NCBI GenBank assembly: GCA_046484685.1
Contig: JAWOIM010000197.1
Location: 1-34,789, forward strand
Reading direction: 5' to 3'
DNA from: Chloroflexota bacterium
GTDB taxonomy: Bacteria > Chloroflexota > Anaerolineae > Promineifilales > Promineifilaceae
Length of the DNA: 34,789 nt
Position numbers and translations under genes: made by a program. The notes under the pieces were generated by a model that was not told where the DNA came from, did no database searches, and worked only from the letters and a program-made list of their open reading frames with translations. Position 1 is the first letter of the stretch, and every line of letters begins with the position of its first letter. Below are positions 13,747 through 21,340 of this stretch, one piece after another.

Positions 13747-15450
13747 ATGGGGCTGCGCTTCACGGCGGAGCAGTATATTGATGATGTGCTGAGCGGAAAG
13801 GTGGTGGCTTGCCGCTGGGTGCGGTTGGCGTGTGAACGGCACCGGCGTGATTTGGAGTTGGGCCACGAGCGGGGATTGTATTTCGATAAGCGGAAGGCGA
13901 TGGTGGTTATCGCCTTCTTTTCGATCTTGCGGCATAGCAAGGGAGAATGGGCGGGGCGGCCGGTGCTGCTGGAGCCGTGGCAGCAGGCTCATTTGTGGAT
14001 ATTGTTTGGGTGGCAGCGGCAGGATGGCACGCGCCGATTCCGTACCAGTTACATGGAGGTGGCCAGGAAGAACGGTAAATCTACCATTGCGGCCGGGGTG
14101 GGATTGTACCTGCTGGTAGCAGATGGGGAGCCTGGCGCGGAGGTTTATACGGCGGCGACGAAAAGAAAACAAGCGAGAATCATCCACCAGGAGGCGATTC
14201 GGATGGTGCGGCAGTCGCAGGAGCTGCGGCAGGAGCTGCAAATCCATGTGGATAATATTTACAGCCGGACAAACTACTCCAAGTATGAGCCGCTGGGCCG
14301 GGATAGTGAAACGGAAGATGGGCTAAATGTGCATGGGGCGCTGGTCGATGAGCTGCACGCGCATAAGACGGGCGGCATGTGGGATGTGCTGGAGACGGCG
14401 ACGGGATCGCGCCGGCAGCCGTTGATGTATGCGATTACGACGGCCGGCACGAATCGGCAGACGATTTGTTTTCAAATGCACGATTACACCAAGAAGGTCC
14501 TGGAAGGCACGGTTGAAGATGATGCCCATTACGGCATCATTTACTCGCTGGACCGGGAAGCAGGGGAGGGGGTGAGCGAGGGGGATATTGAGGATTGGAC
14601 GGATGAGGCTTGTTGGATTAAGGCCAATCCTAATCTGGGTGTGAGTAAGAAGCTGGATAATTTGCAGGATAAGGCAACGAAGGCGAAGGAGATGCCAGGC
14701 CGCCGCAGTGTCTTCCAGCAGAAGGAGTTGAATATCTGGGTGCAGGCGGCGGGCCGGTGGATTCTGCCGGAGCGGTGGCGGGCCTGTGACCTGGGGCCGG
14801 TGGATATGGGCCGTCTGAAGAAACGGCCGTTTTGGGGTGGCCTGGACCTGGCTTCGACGCTGGACCTGACGGCGTGGGTATTGGTTTTTGATCCGGATGA
14901 GGAGGGGGTACGGCCGTTGCTGGCCCGCTTCTGGCTGCCGGAAGATAACCTAATGGCGCGGGTCAAGAATGACCGGGTGCCGTATGATGTCTGGGTGGAT
15001 CAGGGGTATATTGAGCTGACGCCGGGCAATGTAGTGGATTATGATTTTATCCTGGCGCAGGTAGAAGAGGATATGGCCGAGTTTGAAAATAAGGAGCTGG
15101 CTTTTGACCCCTGGAACGCGACGCATGTGTCGAACAAACTGGGGGAAAAGGGGGCCACGATGGTGGAGTTTCGGCAGGGGTTTGTGTCGATGAATCCGGC
15201 AGTGAAAAGTTTGGAGGTGGCCATCCAGAAGCGGACAATCAACCACATGGGGAACCCGGTCCTTACCTGGATGGCTGACAATGTGATTATGGTGAGTGAC
15301 CCGGCCGGGAATCAGAAGCCGGATAAGAGTAAAAGTATTGAGAAGATTGACGGGATTGTGGCGCTGTTGATGGGCCACCAGCGGGCTGTACTAGCCGGTG
15401 GCGGTACGACCGCCTCGGTATATGAAGAGCGGGGGTTAATGGGCATATGA
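13747..15450 (+). CDS. terL: Terminase large subunit
   Basis: About 567 aa. Walker-A-like ARKNGKSTIAAGVGLY. DELH (LVDELHAH) Walker B-like. Position after terS. GAGGA precedes ATG 13747. Confidence 0.9.
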   Translation: MGLRFTAEQYIDDVLSGKVVACRWVRLACERHRRDLELGHERGLYFDKRKAMVVIAFFSILRHSKGEWAGRPVLLEPWQQAHLWILFGWQRQDGTRRFRTSYMEVARKNGKSTIAAGVGLYLLVADGEPGAEVYTAATKRKQARIIHQEAIRMVRQSQELRQELQIHVDNIYSRTNYSKYEPLGRDSETEDGLNVHGALVDELHAHKTGGMWDVLETATGSRRQPLMYAITTAGTNRQTICFQMHDYTKKVLEGTVEDDAHYGIIYSLDREAGEGVSEGDIEDWTDEACWIKANPNLGVSKKLDNLQDKATKAKEMPGRRSVFQQKELNIWVQAAGRWILPERWRACDLGPVDMGRLKKRPFWGGLDLASTLDLTAWVLVFDPDEEGVRPLLARFWLPEDNLMARVKNDRVPYDVWVDQGYIELTPGNVVDYDFILAQVEEDMAEFENKELAFDPWNATHVSNKLGEKGATMVEFRQGFVSMNPAVKSLEVAIQKRTINHMGNPVLTWMADNVIMVSDPAGNQKPDKSKSIEKIDGIVALLMGHQRAVLAGGGTTASVYEERGLMGI

Positions 15451-15779
15451 GTACAAGAGAAAATGGGATCAAACTGCTGAATAATTTACTGGAAGCACAT
15501 GGCACAATCTATGTATTAGTACCATCGCTAATTGGTGCCGACTGGCTGGATACGGCAAAATCTAAATGGGTAGAGCTAGAGATGGAAATGGGGGTCTCAT
15601 TTGCATACAAAATGCTGTTCCATCTGCCGGCCGGTAATGTCAATCTGGATTTATTTGAGATGATTGTGATAGGCCGGCAGTTTTATCGGCTGGTTGAACC
15701 AAAGCGCCCGGATGATTTTGCGCTGGGGCTGCGGATGATTCTTCTTAGCCGGCGGCCGGCAGACAATGGGGAAAAATGA
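15447..15779 (+). CDS. Hypothetical protein
   Basis: ATGA overlap with the terL stop; no motif. Confidence 0.6.
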   Translation: MSTRENGIKLLNNLLEAHGTIYVLVPSLIGADWLDTAKSKWVELEMEMGVSFAYKMLFHLPAGNVNLDLFEMIVIGRQFYRLVEPKRPDDFALGLRMILLSRRPADNGEK

Positions 15780-15940
15780 TGGATAGATACGATGTGATGG
15801 CGCTGGTGGGGCTGGTGTTGGTGGGGGTTGGGTTGTGGCTGGTGTCTATTCCGTTGGCGCTGGTAGCAGTGGGTGGGCTGCTGATGGTGGGGGCGATGCT
15901 GGGGGCACGCCGTAAATCTGCGGGCAGCAGGAATGGCTAA
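15776..15940 (+). CDS. Small two-helix membrane protein (54 aa; below the ORF-track cutoff)
   Basis: MMDRYDVMALVGLVLVGVGLWLVSIPLALVAVGGLLMVGAMLGARRKSAGSRNG. Overlapping stop/start at both ends. Confidence 0.5.
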   Translation: MMDRYDVMALVGLVLVGVGLWLVSIPLALVAVGGLLMVGAMLGARRKSAGSRNG

Positions 15941-16140
15941 TGGACGACCAGATCGGCTATGTGGAGATTCGGCGGCTGAGCAAGCTGTTGTTTGAGTATG
16001 ATCCGGACCGGGATTTGGTGCGGATCAAGCTGCGGGGGCGGGATGAGCCGATTGTGGTAGATTTACGGGAATATTGGACGGCTGGCCGGTTTGAGAATGC
16101 CAACCGGCCGGGCCACAGGGAAATGGTGAAGGAAATATGA
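15940..16140 (+). CDS. Hypothetical protein
   Basis: TAATG overlap upstream, ATGA overlap downstream. Confidence 0.55.
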   Translation: MDDQIGYVEIRRLSKLLFEYDPDRDLVRIKLRGRDEPIVVDLREYWTAGRFENANRPGHREMVKEI

Positions 16141-16385
16141 ATGAGAATGAATTGCTAGAAGGTTTCAAGTCTATGAGAGAGAGGCACAAAAAGCGGGAAG
16201 AGGGGCGAATGCAGGAAACGGCCGACCTGATTTATGCTTTCTATCGGCAATTGATTAGAAAAGGGATGCCGCAAGAGGCGGCGACGCATATTACAGGATG
16301 TTATGTTGCGGCTGCAGCGGAGCGGCCGCGGCGGCCCAGAAGCACTTTTGATATGGATTCTCTGTACAAGGATAGTAGGGAATAA
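16137..16385 (+). CDS. Hypothetical protein, paralog of the next gene
   Basis: LIRKGMPQEAATHITGCYVAAAAE versus LLERGVGQAEAAHITGCYVASLVA in 16385..16594. Confidence 0.6.
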   Translation: MNENELLEGFKSMRERHKKREEGRMQETADLIYAFYRQLIRKGMPQEAATHITGCYVAAAAERPRRPRSTFDMDSLYKDSRE

Positions 16386-16594
16386 TGGACGAAAAAAACG
16401 AGCTATGGATGCAGGAAATGGCACGGCGGGCAGAACAGAGTGAGGCGGCAGCGGCTGACTTTGCAAATACTACGGCTACGTTTCATTTGAGATTGCTTGA
16501 GCGGGGTGTGGGACAAGCTGAGGCAGCGCATATCACCGGTTGTTATGTGGCAAGTTTGGTAGCGGGAGCCACAGGAGGAAAGCGCAATGGGTAA
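16385..16594 (+). CDS. Hypothetical protein, paralog of the previous gene
   Basis: Shared HITGCYVA motif; TAATG overlap. Confidence 0.6.
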   Translation: MDEKNELWMQEMARRAEQSEAAAADFANTTATFHLRLLERGVGQAEAAHITGCYVASLVAGATGGKRNG

Positions 16595-16793
16595 AAAGGT
16601 TGTGTATTTAGAAACGGCCCGGATGGGTGGTAAGTCAACAATTGCGAAGGTTGCGTATTCAGATGCACCTGCGAACGTTGATGATGATGAGCTGCCAGAG
16701 TTGGTTCGGGCGGTAATATCTGCGTATGGTGAATCGCCTATGACGAGGGCGTTGAGGGTTTCGGCCGAGATAGAGAAGTTGCTCAAGGAGTAG
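16587..16793 (+). CDS. Hypothetical protein
   Basis: AGGAGGAA precedes ATG 16587. Confidence 0.6.
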   Translation: MGKKVVYLETARMGGKSTIAKVAYSDAPANVDDDELPELVRAVISAYGESPMTRALRVSAEIEKLLKE

Positions 16794-16797
16794 CTGT

Positions 16798-17121
16798 ATG
16801 GAAATTACAAAAGTTGAAATTGGTGAACACATTATAGGCATCCAAGAGGTAGAAGGGCAAATGCTCTATTTACCGCTTATGGACAATGATGAACATAAAC
16901 ACTATTTTTGTTGGAGCTTAGAAGCTGCTTTGATAACCCGGCTTTACTACATGAGACATCAGACCATAAATGACATGTTTCTGATCAACATTATGCACGA
17001 ACTGGGAATAAAAGATAATCAGCCGGGGACAACATATAACTGGCCATCGACCAGGCTTGCTGTTTTAGCGACTGTTGACGGCCGTACAGTAGAGATTTCG
17101 CGCACTTTCGGGCGACAGTGA
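16798..17121 (+). CDS. Hypothetical protein
   Basis: AAGGAG precedes ATG 16798. More AT-rich than its neighbours. Confidence 0.6.
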   Translation: MEITKVEIGEHIIGIQEVEGQMLYLPLMDNDEHKHYFCWSLEAALITRLYYMRHQTINDMFLINIMHELGIKDNQPGTTYNWPSTRLAVLATVDGRTVEISRTFGRQ

Positions 17122-17136
17122 AACGGCCGTAACCAG

Positions 17137-17877
17137 TTACAGACTAAGCTCTTCTAGTCGGCTCCATATAGCCAGGCGCTCTAAACGGGGCATTCGTTGC
17201 AAACCATCAGCCCATCGCTCTGCCTTACGTTTTATTCTTTCCCGCTCTCTGAAATTGTCACCTAGATGACTGTAATCGTGCAATCGTTTTGGTTCTGGGT
17301 AGTTCATCCACAGATACTCTTTAACTGGCCGCCCACTGCGAGTATAGGTGTCGAAGCACGTTGTATTCCAGTTGCTTAAGTATTGTTTATAAAGGGGACT
17401 GTTATAGCTGGAGATAGCTACCATGCACGGCAGTTCCTGAATAATTCCCAGCAGGCTGGCATGTTCTTTTTGCGTGGCAAACTCATGTCGATACAACGGA
17501 CGGTGACTGCTACGGGTCTTCATAAGGTATGGTGGATCAAGGTAGACAAACTCACCGCCTTGAAACGAATAGTTAGCCAAAAAGTCTAATGCGTTTTGGC
17601 GTTGGAACCACCAGGTAACATCGTCACTTATGACGGTGGCCGCGCCTATCGTCAAATCTGGCGATTGGTGCCGGCCGCTATCGCTAGATTTAACGATGTC
17701 GCCGGCAGTCGCCCGCAGTGCCTCAAGGTCCAGGTCAATGCCGATGTTCATTTGTGCCGGCCGCTTGTTTAGAGCGACTGCCCCCCCTCCCAGAAATGGT
17801 TCTATGTAAGTGGTGTGAGGTGGTATTAAGTTGATGATTTTTTGGTATAGGTTACCTTTTCCGCCTGGATAGCCCAT
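17137..17877 (-). CDS. DNA N6-adenine methyltransferase, Dam-like (D12 class), orphan
   Basis: YPGGKGNLYQKIINLIP...YIEPFLGGGAVAL (AdoMet motif) and VYLDPPY (catalytic DPPY). No adjacent endonuclease. Confidence 0.8.
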   Translation of the reverse strand: MGYPGGKGNLYQKIINLIPPHTTYIEPFLGGGAVALNKRPAQMNIGIDLDLEALRATAGDIVKSSDSGRHQSPDLTIGAATVISDDVTWWFQRQNALDFLANYSFQGGEFVYLDPPYLMKTRSSHRPLYRHEFATQKEHASLLGIIQELPCMVAISSYNSPLYKQYLSNWNTTCFDTYTRSGRPVKEYLWMNYPEPKRLHDYSHLGDNFRERERIKRKAERWADGLQRMPRLERLAIWSRLEELSL

Positions 17878-17898
17878 CGTGCTTCCCCTTTCATCGAG

Positions 17899-18071
17899 TA
17901 TCGTTAGATATGACGTTGCTGAAGCATCGCCTAATGTAGCGATGCTTTCCGGATCCTATCGCTAGATGTGACGATGATTACCGGTTCCCATCGCTAAATG
18001 TGACGATGATGGCCATTATCGCTGAAAATGACGATGGTGTCAAGCGGCCGCTATCGTTAGATGTAACGATG
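17899..18071. repeat. Six ~20-bp repeats yATCGyTArATGTGACGATG in the 630-bp non-coding gap upstream of the methylase gene
   Basis: Starts at 17899, 17925, 17957, 17989, 18017, 18052. Each has internal ATCG...CGAT symmetry. Spacing is 26-35 bp. Confidence 0.85.
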
Positions 18072-18140
18072 GTGCAGCAAAGAACGGCCGTAACCAATGG
18101 GAGGCTACGGCCGTTTCTGGGACATTGCTTTGAGAAATGG

Positions 18141-18176
18141 AAAAGGCCCGGCCTGTAAATAGGCTGGGCCTTTTCT
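18141..18176. terminator. Strong bidirectional-looking intrinsic terminator hairpin
   Basis: AAAAGGCCCGGCCT-gtaaat-AGGCTGGGCCTTTT: 10-bp GC-rich stem with one G-U pair, an A-run upstream and a T-run downstream. Confidence 0.65.
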
Positions 18177-18367
18177 GTGGGCTATGCCCAATTTTGCCCC
18201 ACATAAAAGGGGAAAAATTCCGGTGCGGGCTATGCTCCCGGTGGGCCGGTCTCCTATTGGTATAGGGGGAGGGGATAGTCACCGGCTTGGGTTGAATCAG
18301 CAGGTCGCCAGCGACTCAACTCCGGGGAGAGTTTAGCACGGCCGTTCTGTTGGGGCAAGCGGTAGGC

Positions 18368-18397
18368 TTGACGGATTGGGGCAGGTTGTTGTACTAT
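18368..18397 (+). promoter_or_regulatory. Candidate late promoter TTGACG, 18-bp spacer, TACTAT
   Basis: TTGACG at 18368-18373, TACTAT at 18392-18397. Followed by a leader of about 85 nt ending in a terminator. Confidence 0.35.
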
Positions 18398-18413
18398 TGA
18401 ATCAAATTTAGCT

Positions 18414-18460
18414 GAGCGCCTTTGAGCGCCGCCTGGTGTCTGTGAGTGCCTTCGAGCGCC
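18414..18460 (+). repeat. Phased GAGCGCC repeats in the leader upstream of the portal gene
   Basis: GAGCGCC at 18414, 18424, 18454 and GAGTGCC at 18444. Spacings are multiples of 10 bp. Confidence 0.7.
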
Positions 18461-18489
18461 GCACCGATAACCGGGCGGCGCTTTTTTTT
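18455..18489 (+). terminator. Strong rho-independent terminator 19 nt upstream of the portal start
   Basis: AGCGCCGC(a)CCG-ataac-CGGGCGGCGCT followed by eight T. Confidence 0.75.
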
Positions 18490-18507
18490 GTTTACTTGTG
18501 GATTGCA

Positions 18508-20547
18508 ATGGGATTCTTGACAGGCTTATTTGAAAAGCGAGCGTTGGAGATGCCGGCAGCCTGGGAGCGATGGCTGGGGAATATGGATGCGGCATCGGGC
18601 GTGACGGTGACTGAATATAATGCGCTGCAATATGCGGCAGTGTTTGGCGCGGTGAGGATTCTGGCGGAATCCTGCGCGGTGCTGCCGCTGCTGACTTACC
18701 GACGACTGGACCGGCGCGGCCGGGAACGGGCGTCGGATTTCTATTTGTATGACATCCTGGCCAAGAATCCGAACCCGGAGATGACGGCGTATGAGTTTCG
18801 GGAGACGCTGACGGGCCACCTGGCGACGTGGGGCAATGGCTACGCGGAGATTGAGTGGGGCAATGATGGCCGGGTGCGGGGGCTGTGGCCGCTGCGGCCG
18901 GACCGGATGCGGGTACAGCGTATCAATGGGGAACTGGTCTATCGTTTTTCGTTGGGGACGGGTGAGCCGAAGCTGCTCTCTTCGATGCGGGTGCTGCACC
19001 TGCGTGGCCTGGGATTTGATGGGTTGGTGGGCTATTCGCCGATTGCGCTGCAGCGGCAAATGTTGGGGTTGGGGATGGCGGCCGAGGAATTTGGGGCCAG
19101 ATTCTTTGGCAATGACGCGCGGCCGGGCGGTGTATTGGAGCATCCGGGGGAGCTTAGCCCCAATGCCCATAAGAATTTGCTGACGAGTTGGGAGAGCCGC
19201 CACCAGGGATTGAGTAAGCAGCACCGGATTGGCATCTTGGAAGAGGGGATGAGCTATAAGCAGATCGGGATTCCACCCGGCGACGCGCAATTTTTAGAGA
19301 CGCGCCGCTTCCAGAAGGAAGAGGTGGCCGCCTGGTACCGGATTCCGCCCCACATGATGGGCCTGATGGAGCGGGCCACTCACAATAATGTGGAGCATAT
19401 GTCGATTGAGTTCGTCAAATTTACGCTGCTGCCCTGGCTGACGCGCTGGGAGCAGCGGGTAGAGAAGCAGCTCCTACTGCCCAGCGAGCGCGGCCGGCAT
19501 TTTGTGGAGTTTCTGGTGGACGGGCTGCTGCGGGGTGATGTGGAGAGCCGCAGCCAGGCGTATGCTGTTGGCCGGCAGTGGGGCTGGTGGAGCGCCAATG
19601 ATGTTCGTCAGATGGAGAATCAGGGACCGGTGGAGGGGGGCGACGTGTACCTGGTGCCTCTGAATATGGTACCGGCCAATCAGGCAGGGGCCGGTTTAAT
19701 GGCCGGGCCTGGTGAACGCAGTGTGGGGCTGCGGCGGCTGCTGGATGTGGGCACCTCTGTGGGGCTGCCGGCAGGAATGACAGACGGGAACGGCGCTGAG
19801 CAGCGGGCAGAACGGGCAGAGCGTGGCCGGCAGGTGGCGGCGCTGCGACACCGGTTGCAGCAGGTGCAGGCACCGGTGTTTGCCGACGTGATCGGCCGGG
19901 TGCTGCGTCGGGAGATTGCCGACGTGGGCCGGCAGGCTGAGCGCTGGTTGGGGCAACGCAGCCTGGCAGAGTTTGAGGATTGGCTGACGAATTTTTACAA
20001 CGAGCATGAAACCTGGGTGGCGGAGCAGATGGGGGCGTCGATGCTGGCCTATGGGGAGATGGTGGCCACGGCCGTGGGTGAGGAGCAGGCAGCGGCCGCG
20101 GCTGATCTGCCGGATACGGATCAATTTTTGCGCAGCTATATTTTGAGCTATGCCACCAGGCATGTGGCCCGTAGTGCAAAGCGATTACGGGAGGCGCTGG
20201 CGCAGGCGGATCCGGGTGAGGAGATGGCAGCGCTGGATGAGGTATGGACTGACTGGCGCGACCGGCGGCCGGCCGGAGATGGGCTGGATGAAAGCGGCCG
20301 GCTGAATAATGCCGTGACGCTGGCGGTACTGACTGTGCTGGGGGTGCGGAGTAAGGCGTGGGTGGCCTTTGGCGATAGCTGTCCCTACTGTACGGAGTTG
20401 AGCGGGATGACAGTGCGACTGGAGTATGACTTTGTGGATTTGGCGGAAGGAATTACGGTGGCCGATTTGCCGCCGCTGATTCCGTCGCGCCGGGTGGGGC
20501 ATCCGCCGGCGCATCGTGGCTGTGATTGTTTGATTGTGGGTGGATAA
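18508..20547 (+). CDS. Portal protein (HK97 family) fused to a C-terminal MuF/SPP1-gp7-like minor head domain
   Basis: The N-terminal ~420 aa are portal-like (WGNGYAEIEW..., FLETRRFQKEEVAAWYRIPPHMMG). The C-terminus has NNAVTLAVL...GDSCPYCTELSGM...GHPPAHRGCDC, the MuF-type CPxC...H..C.C signature. The start is taken as ATG 18508, downstream of the terminator (ORF track 18436). Confidence 0.85.
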   Translation: MGFLTGLFEKRALEMPAAWERWLGNMDAASGVTVTEYNALQYAAVFGAVRILAESCAVLPLLTYRRLDRRGRERASDFYLYDILAKNPNPEMTAYEFRETLTGHLATWGNGYAEIEWGNDGRVRGLWPLRPDRMRVQRINGELVYRFSLGTGEPKLLSSMRVLHLRGLGFDGLVGYSPIALQRQMLGLGMAAEEFGARFFGNDARPGGVLEHPGELSPNAHKNLLTSWESRHQGLSKQHRIGILEEGMSYKQIGIPPGDAQFLETRRFQKEEVAAWYRIPPHMMGLMERATHNNVEHMSIEFVKFTLLPWLTRWEQRVEKQLLLPSERGRHFVEFLVDGLLRGDVESRSQAYAVGRQWGWWSANDVRQMENQGPVEGGDVYLVPLNMVPANQAGAGLMAGPGERSVGLRRLLDVGTSVGLPAGMTDGNGAEQRAERAERGRQVAALRHRLQQVQAPVFADVIGRVLRREIADVGRQAERWLGQRSLAEFEDWLTNFYNEHETWVAEQMGASMLAYGEMVATAVGEEQAAAAADLPDTDQFLRSYILSYATRHVARSAKRLREALAQADPGEEMAALDEVWTDWRDRRPAGDGLDESGRLNNAVTLAVLTVLGVRSKAWVAFGDSCPYCTELSGMTVRLEYDFVDLAEGITVADLPPLIPSRRVGHPPAHRGCDCLIVGG

Positions 20548-20557
20548 AAGGTGACTT

Positions 20558-21274
20558 ATGAGTAGCCAATATTTAATTGAGCGTCGATTTGTGGATGATG
20601 TGGAGATGCGTGTCGATAAAGACGGCCGTATCGAAGGCTATGCGGCCGTCTTCAATGAGTGGAGCCAGAATCTGGGCGGCTTCCGGGAGCGGGTCGCGCC
20701 GGGGGCATTTACTAATACGCTGGCTGAAGGGGCGGACGTGCGCGCTCTTTTTAATCATGATCCGAATGTGGTATTGGGCCGGCGCAAATCCAAGACGCTG
20801 GAGGCGGTGGAAGACAGCCGGGGGCTGCAATTCCGGGTTTCGCCGCCGCAAACACGGACGGTGGAAGAGATGGTATTGGAGCCGATCCGGCGCGGGGATG
20901 TAAGCGGGGCCTCTTTTGATTTCCGGGTACGGGGCAAAGAGGGAGACCACTGGTGGGAAGAGGAGGGGTGGACGCTGCGCGAACTGCGGGATGTGGATTT
21001 ACGCGAAGTGGGGCCGGTTACCTATCCGGCCTATACGGGCACGGACGTGCAGGTACGCAGCCTGGTGGCCATTGATTCATTTTTGCGGAGCGCGCGGCCA
21101 GGGGCTGAGGCCGGGATGGTGCAGCGCATGATTGAGCAGTTGCAGACACTGCTGGCGGAGACTGAGAGCCAGGCGGACGATGTTTCTGAGGCTGAGGAAG
21201 CAACCAGGGCGCAGGCGCGGCTGGTGGACTTCCAGCAGCGGCGGCGGTGGCTGGAACTGGCGCAATTGGTTTAG
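20558..21274 (+). CDS. Prohead protease (HK97 family)
   Basis: IEGYAAVFNEWSQNLGGFRERVAPGAFTNTL...LFNHDPNVVLGR. Position between portal and capsid. Confidence 0.85.
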   Translation: MSSQYLIERRFVDDVEMRVDKDGRIEGYAAVFNEWSQNLGGFRERVAPGAFTNTLAEGADVRALFNHDPNVVLGRRKSKTLEAVEDSRGLQFRVSPPQTRTVEEMVLEPIRRGDVSGASFDFRVRGKEGDHWWEEEGWTLRELRDVDLREVGPVTYPAYTGTDVQVRSLVAIDSFLRSARPGAEAGMVQRMIEQLQTLLAETESQADDVSEAEEATRAQARLVDFQQRRRWLELAQLV

Positions 21275-21303
21275 TAATTGATTTAGCACTTAACAGATTG
21301 AAG

Positions 21304-21319
21304 TGTTCGCGTGCGAACA
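21304..21319. promoter_or_regulatory. Dyad TGTTCGC-GT-GCGAACA, 8 nt upstream of the capsid gene Shine-Dalgarno
   Basis: GGAGGA at 21328-21333, ATG at 21341. AACAGATT lies 5 nt upstream, as at the 31443 copy. Confidence 0.55.
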
Positions 21320-21340
21320 TTTCGCATGGAGGATAGGACG

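Noticed and set aside
13156-14247. Long antisense ORFs opposite well-supported genes: 13156..14247 (-), 8182..9162 (-), 18526..19290 (-), 19421..20179 (-), 21404..22789 (-), 27661..28557 (-), 30907..32070 (-)
   Set aside because: They lie opposite terminase, hydrolase, portal, capsid, tape measure and tail genes that carry clear family motifs. Their translations are Arg/Pro/His-rich low-complexity strings, typical of shadow frames in GC-rich DNA. They have no RBS or coupling.
18040-18595. ORFs 18040..18282 (-) and 18254..18595 (-) in the large gap
   Set aside because: Their translations are Pro/Arg/Ser-rich. They run through two terminator hairpins and the repeat array, and they have no RBS. 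The region is better treated as regulatory or non-coding.
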